64,000 nt of DNA from the NCBI RefSeq assembly GCF_964355755.1, contig NC_092673.1:12062948-12126947 (forward strand), in the 5' to 3' direction. A model generated the notes under the pieces. The model ran no database searches, was not told where the DNA came from, and saw only the letters and a program-made list of their open reading frames with translations. Made by a program: the position numbers and the translations under genes. Origin of the DNA: Antedon mediterranea (Eukaryota; Animalia; Echinodermata). Of the stretch, positions 34,995 through 46,900 are shown piece after piece (positions within the stretch are counted from its first letter, which is position 1; each line of letters starts with the position of its first letter).

Positions 34995-37900
34995 TTACTG
35001 GATGACTGCCTCGTCCCAAGGACCATGAATGTTACTGTGAAAATAGAAAGAAGTCACTATAGAAACAATGTTTATTTTTACTTCTAGTACAGTATAACAT
35101 TCAATCGTAGTAGTGCATTTCAATGGACAAAAGTTAAAGGGTATACAGATTTACAAATTGTTGATATGATAATTGATATGGTGTCTGGATGGAATCTAAG
35201 CTTCTCTTTTGTAATAGTGGATCTTAATTCAATGACAAACAATGCAGTGCAGCGAAGCATAACCAACAGAAATAACAGTGCGATAACAATACTTTTGGAA
35301 CAATATCGAGACAGCAGCACATGTGATCAGCACAGCTGCAAACAGTAGTACAATACTGTATTCTTGCTTTCTACCTCCTGCACGCCGATACTGCCAAACA
35401 TAAGATAGAGCACTCTTTTACCATTTTTTCCAAACACCAAATGCAGTGATAAAGGGGCATTCACAGAAGACGACGCTGTTTCTATCAAATTATGAGCGAT
35501 CTGTCTGTTCCGTTGTTTTTCACCGGCCGTTCATTTTTCACGGAACGGATTTGGTGTAAACGCTGCTTTTCGATTTTCTAACAAAACGGTGCCCTTACTC
35601 CGTTCCGTTAAACACTAACACTATGTTATGTTTCTTATTAATTACTATTCATAAGCTGCTATATAGGCCGACTTTTAGGCCGATATAATGTGTGACTCAG
35701 AGATTCCATTAGCTCTATTTTATGAATATTGTGAAGTACATTATGCTAACATTATGTTTTGTTATTTTTTTGGGGGATTTTTTTTGTAAGTTATTTTCAA
35801 GGGGTGTAGGCCTACAAAGAGGTACAAACAAGAAGGATAAGACAGCAATCATATTTACTTCTTTCTAATTATGCCTACACCATACATTATTGTTAAACAC
35901 AAACCACCAAACATTTTACCACCACAAATCAAGAAAGACTGCAAGAATATTCCACCATTTTCAACAAGTCATTGTTCTCCAGTCGAAAATGATTTTAACA
36001 TACTTTGGAAGCTTTTACAAAACATGAACATTTACCAGACGACTACGAAATGCAGTATTATGTCCTATACCAAGCATGATTATTAATCAATAAAATAATA
36101 AATGTCTATTATTTTAATATATTTACACAAAACAAACACAGATGTATATTAAAAAATTAATATATTAACGAGATTGTTTTATTTTGTGACTGCATGTTTT
36201 TTAAACATTCATTTTACATTAAGCACTAATATTATTTAAAATTGCTTGTTTTTAGAATTGAAACAAGAAAGACATAATCTGTCTGTATCCACTTTCTCAA
36301 AGGGCTGTGTACAACAAGAAATATAACCATACTATTAAGAATACTACAAAGCTCAAAATTGCCATGCGACCTTTATTTTTGCGGCTTTCGCAATTGAACA
36401 ACGATCGCGAAAATAAAGGGCAAGCGAAAATCCCAACGATGTTGTTTACAGTCGATCAGGCCTAGCCTAGACTTAGTTTGCCAGGCCTAGCCTAAATATG
36501 GAAAAATTGAAAAAAAAATAGTTACTATTAACTTCTAATTGTGTAATCTTTGAAACATTTATGAACCCTGATTATTATTTATATTGTTTCTTCATGTGTA
36601 ATTAAAACATTAAAATAAATTGCAACCGACCGAAAATAATGTTCGAATTGGAATAAAAATGCTTACGACATTTCTTATGTAATTTTTTATGAAATGTATA
36701 GTGTACTTGCTTGACGAATCCTTTGTCCATTAAATCATATAATTAGTTTTAACTTTTGGTGTGTAGCAAACGACAAAAATACCATCGCCATGCTCTCCAC
36801 CACAGAGATCCATGCCGCCGGCATCGCGTACGTCTGTTCGTTATTTGGTAGAGTACATTAATTCGTCACCTACTGTGTAGCTAAAACATTTATTTATTTA
36901 CATCCCTAAATTTACAATCGCGTATTCTGTAATTTTACTAATAAATAAATAAATATCTTTAATCTGTAACTCTGACGGAGTGTTCTAGATGGCATATAAT
37001 AAATAAATGCTGATTCAAAATAAGCAGGCCTTTGAGTTGTTAATCTGTCCATTCCAACATTATCAAGAACTTGTTTGAATAACGTGTTCGTATTTCTAAC
37101 ACACGCTTCAAGCATTTGTCATCTTGGAAGAATAGCTTTTTCGTCATCCGATCATTATCTACTTCGCGAGTAGTGGGTATTCGACGCTATTCAATTGTTT
37201 TTTGACGTTCATCTCGGGGGCGAAATACATTTCCAAATTTGGTTCAACAAATTACACAAGAAACTCAAATCACGAAATACTTAAAAATGTAATATTGCAA
37301 ACAAAATTTAGGGCCGCAAACATTTTTGGCTTTACAATTACAGTATTCTCCATAAACTGGTGAAAAAACATTGGAGAAAACACTAGCATGTCAAAGCACA
37401 TAATGGCAAACAACAAATATTTGAATTGGATCAGAAAAATATACATACTTTTTAGAAGGCTGAAGTCTTATTAACCAAAGCGGAATAAGGAATGTGAATG
37501 TGATTATGACTAGCGAAAATAAGAGGGCTGCCATAGAGCTTACTGAATACAAAGCTATTAATGCGGTAGTAATACTTGATAATGTCATAATAGGTGCCGC
37601 ACCACGTACATGGACCTACAAGTAGCAAAATAAGAATAAGTAACATTATAAATGTGCACATCAAATAAAATACCAAAATATTAAAAACATTGAAATAAAT
37701 TATCCACCTGAAATCAATTTATATAAGGCCAAATAAAAAAACATACTTGTTAAGCGTCACCGCCCGCTCCTGATTATCCAGCCGCCTCTCTTTTTATTTT
37801 TATTTTTTTTTTACCGATATACAACGGAAAGTTCAGCGGCCCGACCCAGCTCCAGAGGGATTACGGTCGAAGCGGCCGCCAACTAAAGCGGCCGCTAGTT

Positions 37901-40900
37901 CAATAACGGTAATCTGTATGGAACGCCGTGTGCGCTTTGATTTTCGTTGTTTTGTAATCTTTGATTGTCATTGTTTCGACAGGTTTTCTTTACCTCGGAC
38001 GTAAATAACAATCTACATTATTATGTAATTTATTCTCTTTTTTTTTACAGATTGAATGTGATACGCGTACGTTCTTTTAAACGAAATGGCGAATCGATGA
38101 TTACTTAATTTTAACTGTTCTAAATGATATACATATGTTTAATAAAGTCTAAAATACATTGTGGTGTTTATATTGTATATTAATATAATATAATAATAAG
38201 CCAATTATTAAAGAATTATATATAAATAAACCAATCAATAAAGTATATCAAAATATATAAATATATTAATAATTAAAAATATTTGTTATTGTATATTAAT
38301 TAATTAGTAAAATAACTAGTAGTGTTCGCAATCATAATTTAATTACAATAACAAGCAATTTATTTAATATCCTTACACTATTTTATTACTTCAGATATTT
38401 AAATATTGATCAATTGAAAATGAGTTTTAAATACTAAAATAAGATGAAAGTGTCTGTTTGATACGGTAATTAATTACGCGAATTATTACGCGTGACGGCC
38501 AGCAATAGTGCTGCTGCACATTAGGTGCGCGTCCCATGTTGCTTTATTGAAAACACAAACAATGTATTACAATGGAATAACACTTAAATGTATAACACAC
38601 CCTATTACTAATAATAAAAACCAAGATTCGATAGTACAGTATGTAAATGAGATATAAATATTCGGTAATACCGTACGTAAATTATTATTGCAATACTGTA
38701 TAAAGATTCGATAGTATGTAAACAAGATATAAATATTCGGCAATACCGTACGTAAATTATTAATGCAATACTGTATAAATATTCGATAGTATGTAAACAA
38801 GATATAAATATTCGGCAATACCGTACGTAAATTATTAATGCAATACTGTATAAAGATTCGATAGTATGTAAACGAGATATAAAGATTCGGCAATACCGTA
38901 CGTAAATTATAATGCAATACTGTATAAAATTCGATAGTATGTAAATGAGATATAATATTCGGCAATACCGTACGTAAATTATTATTGCAATACTGTATAA
39001 AATTCGATAGTTAAATGTAAATGAGATATAAATATTCGGCAATACCGTACGTAAATTATTATTGCAATACTGTATAAAATTCGATAGTTAAATGTAAATG
39101 AGATATAAATATTCGGCAATACCGTACGTAAATTATTATTGCAATACTGTATAAAATTCGATAGTATGTAAATGAGATATAAATATTCGGCAATACCGTA
39201 CGTAAATTATTATTGCAATACTGTATAAAATTCGATAGTTAAATGTAAATGAGATATAAATATTCGGCAATACCGTACGTAAATTATTATTGCAATACTG
39301 TATAAAATTCGATAGTATGTAAATGAGATATAAATATTCGGCAATACCGTACGTAAATTATTATTGCAATACTGTATAAAATTTGATAGTTAAATGTAAA
39401 TGAGATATAAATATTCGGCAATACCGTACGTAAATTATTATTGCAATACTGTATAAAATTCGATAGTATGTAAATGAGATATAAAGATTCGGCAATACCG
39501 TACGTAAATTGGATGATCCCGTAAATTATTATTATTGCAATACTGTATAAGGATTCAATTGCATATAAACGAGATATAAAGATTCGGCAATACCGTATAC
39601 GTAAATTATTATTGCAATACTGTATAAGGATTCAATAGTATGTAAACGAGATATAAAGGTTCGGCAAAATATATTTCGATATAATTATGTATTAGTTAAT
39701 AGTAAATACAAATAAAATATACATTGATTTATCGGCAGGCAAACTTAATTATTATAGAAATATAAAGATTTGATAGTACATGAGTTGGCTTATATTTATT
39801 TAGCTGTAACTCAACTCGCCATAGGCCATGGCGTTGACAACGACAATCAAAGATTAAAGCGCACATGGCGTTCCATACAAATGACGATATTAAACTGGCG
39901 GCCGCTTTGGTTGGCGGCCGCTTCGACCATACTCCCTCCAGAGTAGGGCTCGAAATTCACGCTAGCAAACTAGCATTTTGCTAGTAGATTCTTCATAATT
40001 GCTATTTGAAAATTTCAAAACTAGCAAATGTTTGTTAGGCTAGTGTAATTTTTGAAAAAATACATACTTTTTAGCTTAGACAACGCTAGCCGCCGATCGC
40101 TCTGTCGACAACGGCAAATTGGTGAAAACAATTGTTTCATTTACACGCCGCCAATTTACGTAAAGGAAACGCGAATAGCACCGTGAATCATGTAATGTGG
40201 TAACAGTGGTGGCGCCAGCGGGGGGGCTACGGGGGCTCTAGCCCCCTCGTCGGGGAGCCTAGCCCCCCCGTCGGGGAACACGGGTACTTTTTGTCGGGGA
40301 ATATAACATACAGTAAAAAACGTTCGCGTTCACTTCATATAGCTTCAGCGCCTAGAAAACCACGACGTTCCATTGACCGTGAGAGTACGTCAGAGGGCTA
40401 TTATGCACTTTTATGCATTCATTATTGCCAGAGATCTAACTACTAAACAATAGCTAGTACGCACTTGTTTGGCGGTATCCCTTTGTACGAATCGTTCACC
40501 GTTGGGTCGAGACGCGTGATATCATGTTCCATCCAGGGACCAAAATGTATAATGTAGTTATTTTCCAGGCAAAGTTTACCGACGGTTACCGAAGGGAACA
40601 CGGGTACTTTTTGTCGGGGAATATAATATACAGTAAAAAACGTTCGCGTTCACTTGGTAGCTTCAGCGCCTAGAAAACCGCGACGTCTCATTGACCGTGA
40701 GAGTACGTCAGAGTGCTATTATGCAATTTATATGCATTCATTATTGCCAGCGATCTAACTTACTACTAAACATTAGCTAGGTACGCACTTGTCTGGCGGT
40801 ATCCCTTTGTACGAATCGTTCAACGTTGGGTCGTGATATCATGAAGTTTACCGACGATTACGTCGTGTACTGTGTCGACGTACGCTACACTAGTTGCAGC

Positions 40901-43900
40901 AAAAACGAATTATGTTAATTGTTCGTATGTTCACCAATTTTTTAATTTACAAGTAACCTTCTGTACCGTGGGGCACCTAAAATAAATATTTCATCCATTA
41001 CTAAACAAAAAAACATGCCATTTTCGCTTAGCCAACATCTTATTATAGCTAAGTTATTAAATTTTCAATGTCCTGTATGTCATGAATTTCTCACCACTCG
41101 AAATTCCAGATGGTACGCAGGCATACACTTGGGAGGAATAAACTTATTTCCCCGACTGAAAAGGTCTACGCTTTTTTAAGCCTCTGGGCCTGATGTTTCC
41201 AAAGTATAAAATGCAATTTTTTGAAGACCTGCAGCTCTAGTTTTAAACATTTTCATAGCTCAGCCCCAACAATAAAGCTGTTCATATTTCGAAGTACAAG
41301 AAGTGCATTTTCCGGGACCTAACATCTCTATTTTTCAAACATTTCTTGTCTCAGTCACAACCATGATAGGGACTTATATATTTTGTTTCATGTTTTGAAG
41401 TATAATAAGTCCAATTTCCAGGACCTCCAACTCTATTTTTCTAAATTTTCTTTGAACTTTTATTTTTTAAATTGAAAAAGATGGATTGAAACAGTCATCG
41501 CGCATCGTTTTTTTGCACGCAGTATTTTATTTATGCATTATAAAAAATGGAAAAAATGGCTACCCTAAATCTGATTAAAATGACCTCAAATGACGCTAGA
41601 ACGCCCCACCGGGGGCCCTTGGCGGCCCCCTGGCCCCCAGCCTTGTGATGCTCGCTTCGCTCGCATAGCCCCCTCATCGGGGAATGTAGCCCCCGCGTCG
41701 GGAAGATCCTGGCGCCACCCCTGTGTGGTAAACAGCAAGCTTTTTCCCCAACACATTAAATCATGTGCATTTAGTACGTCGCTGAGGATTACATCATCAG
41801 TCACGTGATTACAGAATACGCGATTATCAATTTAGGGATTTAACGAAATAAATATTTTGCCTACACAGTGGTCGAAGCGCGTTTTTTTATAGGTTCGTAA
41901 ATAGGAAACACCCCATACATAATGGACTCTACCAATTTTGTATTGTAAACAATATTGTTTTTTTGCCTGTCCTTTGGAACCTTATCTTTAGGGTGAACCA
42001 GTTTCTGCCTAAGAGTATTGCATAGTTTAAAGGAGCATTTTACTAACAACTCCTCAACCCCGTCAAATGCCACAATTCCATCATTTGGCGTGATTATACA
42101 ACCTGGAGAGGTCATGAAATGTTACTGTTTGATTAGATTTATCTTTCTAAACTTAATACTACCTGGATGAATGACAATATCCATATCCGTAATACACTAC
42201 CTGGGTTAGGCTGGTAGTGCTCATTCATACATTTGAGAGAAAACTATTTTGCTGTAAAACTTACCTCCAAAGTTTTGCGTATTTCTGGCCAGAGTGCAAA
42301 TATCAACAAGGCTAAGGTGACAGTAGCAAAAGCATGCATTCTTGAATTAAACCTAGAGGCTAGGCAGACAGATGCAAATACTGATGCATTCAATGAAAGT
42401 GACCTTGATCTGTTTTAGCGAAAAATACATTTACAGTTAATTTAAAATCAATTTAGAAATCTTTAAACAACAACACAGAATTTAGCAATATTTAGGCCAC
42501 GATCTTGCAGCGGTTACTTACATTGGCTCATTGACTCGATAATTATGAAACAATACATTGCTTAGTAACATAAACACCTGAAACACAAACGTTTACTGTT
42601 TCAGTCTCTCATACAGTAATTATATTAAATCACTTATCATGATTTCCCGATTTATTCTTTCACTATTTTTCAAATGATTAAACGTGGTTTGGTACGATCA
42701 ATATCAATTAGAAGTGATCTTACTTACTGTCATAGCATATATTGTGTCTGTACTTATGGTTTCTGTTAATGTTTGAAGAACGGGAGATAGCCCAAAAGCT
42801 AAGGTCAAGAAAATCAGCATTGTTTGAATATCTCTACCTATAAAAACAAATTAAATGTAAGTTTTATTATTTGAAAGCACTGTATTACAAATCAAAAACA
42901 CTTTGCATCTGATGCTGTATCATATTTGTTTATTTTATCAATTCAATTAAATTCAATTCAATTTATTCTGGATTTTACAAAACAAATAATAACACATACA
43001 TCACACATGCTAGACCCGGGGGACTCTTATAGCGAACTCAAACGATTTCGATGGGACGTACCAACCTGCAGTGCCACACAATTACAAATTTTTTTAATGA
43101 ATAAAATAAATTGTTTAAGGGCATTTGTTACTTCAAATCATATCAAATATAAAACTCATAAGATCATAACAAATCATTAAACTGGATTAAATACAATAAA
43201 AGATAAGCAACCATTTTGTCTCGTAATCTTTCTTGGATTACTTCTTTAAGTTTAACAGAAAAAAGACTGACATCAAGTACACATATATCCTGGACATCTG
43301 ACGGAATTAAATCCCAGATCCTAGGATAACTAATGAACGTATATTATTAATTCATTATTTAACAGATGCTAGATATAATTATTAAATGATTACAGCATAT
43401 AAATATACATACAGAAAATAATAATAATTAAATCATAAGCATTTTTCCTCTGTTATAGGTGGTCAAGCAAATTATCGTCATATTTCTGACTGGGTTTTTT
43501 AACAGTTATTTTCAGAATATGGAATTAATTTAAAATTTATCGCATTTCTGAATTCACCCACATTTATCTAGTACTGTATATTTCAGATGCATCACATTCA
43601 GTTTTCACATTTTATTGTAAATTATATGGTTAATTTAAAATGAGTTGATGTATAACATACAGTGCGTACAACGAAAGTCTAGCGTATTAACAATGTTCAC
43701 AACTTATGCCCATGACCGATTTACAAAAACAGTTGGAACTTTTCAAAGAGGGTAGCCTATCTGGTGCATTGTTCAGTAACACTTATTCCAAGACCAAATC
43801 TACCCATCTCCTATTTGGGTATGCCAAATGAGTCAATATGAAGATGAAGTTACTAAAAACCATATTTACCACTAAATAAAACAATTCTACACGAATGGAA

Positions 43901-46900
43901 TCTCTTTGTTGTAAATGATGATAAAACAGTCCCCAAATTTATTCTATATTTTAGTAACAAGACGCTGAATGGATGGCGCTCAAGTAAACTTTCTGGATCT
44001 TTTCCACATAGTACTAAGTATGGACACGAAGAAGAATTTCTCTTGAGAGATACATCCTAGTCTATAAAGCCCAGATAGTGTCATACTATACATGTAGTAC
44101 TGTAGCTAGTCTGTTCCTAGTCATTTATTTGGCGCATTCCACAAGCAATGCGCTGTGGACTTGGATTTTACACATGCCTCTCTCTCATAAGGGTTACGTC
44201 ATATCGGTGCTATTTCGTGACTGTGAGCTTGTACACTGGAGTATTTCTCAAACTGCTAATAACATTATTATTATGTTTTTATCATATTACCATATCTATT
44301 CGAACAAATGCCTCAAGGGCTTTATTGTTCAGGATTGATTTTAGAGAGGCCTTTATTTGAGTGGGTATTTATTCAAATAAATATGGTAACCTGTTTTTCT
44401 ACATACCCTTATATTTTCCTTTTTTTTCAATGATACTGCGTGATGCATAGCAGACCAAAACAATACAAACCAATATTAAAATTAAATAATTGGGATCTAG
44501 CAGGCCAGAATCCATGTATATGAAAAGAACCACAAATAAACACACACTGAAAGAAAACAAAACTTTAATAAATAGAAGTTGTGTTTACACACACTAGAGG
44601 TTCTAGAGGTTCTATGCACACTTTAAGCAGATGTGCTTGTGTGATCAGTGAACTCTTTTAAACCCCTATGTTTTTAATAGTGATATAGAGTATCACGGTG
44701 AGACGTCACAACGATAGTAATAGTAATAGTAAATACTTATTCAAACAAGCAAAAGATACATTTTTCGCAACAAAAAAAAGAAAAACTGTATGAAGAAGAG
44801 ATTAATTTGTATGAAAAAGAGGAAAACAGAAACTACACTCTTTTAAAAAAAATCAAGGTGATTATGTAAGTTTCCATACAAAAATGGATTTTAATTAAAT
44901 AAATTTACAACTGATTTTGAAAAATCTGCATGAATGATGTCAATTATTCCACAATTGAACAGTTCAGATACATTACGTACCACTTTTAAATAAAAATATT
45001 TTTCTGCCTAGTATTATAAATTTTTACTTGGGAAAGTATAAACAAATTCTGTAAAGTTTATGGTAACAAGTTATGTACTTTAAACATAAAAATTGCTGTT
45101 TTGATTTCAATAATTTGATCAAGTTTTAATTTATAAAAAATATAGATCTGAAATGTTTCATTATGCAACCTACCCATCAGGGTATATCAAATATTTACCT
45201 GTGTATATGAACAACACACAATTTAGCATACATCCTATATTCACGCTTTCTGACCTAATAATTGTTCAGGTAACATGTTTTTACCTGCAAAGTTGTTGAG
45301 TTATCATTCCAGTTTCTTTTACAATGTTCCAGTATTGATATGTTTTAATGTTCACTGTGAAAATCAAGATTGATGTTAAAGAAACTGAGCAGTTGGGTAG
45401 ATGTTCTACCCTACTGTAAATAAAAAATGCAGCTTTGGTCTCTTTACTTTATTTTAGAGGTTCGGCTGAGGTTTAAACCTTCTTAGTACTATTCCGGTCA
45501 TTCTGGACAACCCAAGTATGCCCCACCTCCTTTTTTGTTTGTGTCTATGATGCTGTTTGTAGTAATGATATTTTATTTATATAATGTTTTCAAACATAAA
45601 TATGCTTGTATATATTTCTATCACGTATCTTCCACTAAGAGAGAATTAGGTGCCCAGAAATTGCACTTAAACATTGATATATGACACAAAATTATAAGAT
45701 GACAGGACCCGTCCACCATGGCTGGGGCTGAGCTAAGAAAATTTTGAAAAATAGGAGGGCAATTCAATTGTTATGGACATACAGTTTGAAGACTTTTGTA
45801 AACTGTGTTTTGAAACGTAAAGTTATATACTGTATAATGCGATGAAAATTTCTACTACTACTTATTAATCCTCCAAATTTCATTCAGGAAAAACAAACCA
45901 TTGTTGAGAAAATTGCTAAAAACTGTTTCATGGACGTACGTGATAGAAATTGATTTTTCTAACCGGTTAGATTTAAATCTACATTCCATCAAATATTTTT
46001 AGTCGCAAATGCGACTCTACAGCTCACTATGTTGGTCGGTTGGTCGGTAAAAACTAAATCAAATTTGTGCACGCGACTGCAGCCATGTATATATGGCCTT
46101 GTGTAAGGGCAAACTAAAGATGTCCTTATTTTCATCTTAATTAAAAACACATAACATTTTTAAATTATAATAGTATTTGACTATGTAAATGCATTTTCAA
46201 GGCAGGATTTGTATTCATCTACTGTTATGGACGTACAGAATTTCTGTTATGAATGTACACTATCAATGTATTTGTATATGGACAACAATGCTTGTGTGTA
46301 AGTTTGACATACAAACTGTATTTTAATGGTTAAAAACATGAGTACTATTGTGGTTTAACGATTTTTATTTCATTATAATTCAAATATTTATTAAACAGTT
46401 ATATTAAACTTTTCTATTAAACACCAACATTAAATTTATAATACAACAGTTTTGAGTTGATTAAGTCCACTATTTTTAGGGTGTTCATTTGACATATGGA
46501 AAATGGTTGAAGCCAGAGAAAATTCATTTCGGAATAAAAATAAGTTCAATATTGTTAAATTATATTGCCTTAAAATTTACCATAAACAATTTGTATCTGC
46601 CTGAGATAATTTCTCAAAAAATCATAAAAATCAACTTATGCTCCCAAATAATAGGCCTACAGTATCTGGTGGTGACTAGTATAATGTATCTGATTAAAAT
46701 GGACTTGAGACTAATAATATAGAAGATTGTTATTATATTATTGTTATAGAATTTTTTTTATTGATTTTACGAATTTCGCATATTTAAAGATGTATTGTCC
46801 CTTGAAACACAAAAAATGAAGGTCAAAATATTATAAATTTAAATTGGCCATATCAAAGTAATATTAAAGTTATTAACTTTAAGTCGAAAATTCGAGCGAA

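Noticed and set aside
38567-39042. 132- and 144-aa repetitive ORFs
   Set aside because: They are translations of the 72-77-bp satellite.
42163-42200. Exon-like segment with AG/GT borders on the minus strand
   Set aside because: Its 38 nt would break the PIGC frame, and the protein is complete without it.
43020-44060. Possible LINE remnants in a PIGC intron (PRIWDLIP-like and GLGISVT-like peptides on the minus strand)
   Set aside because: Too degraded to assign a family or boundaries by eye.
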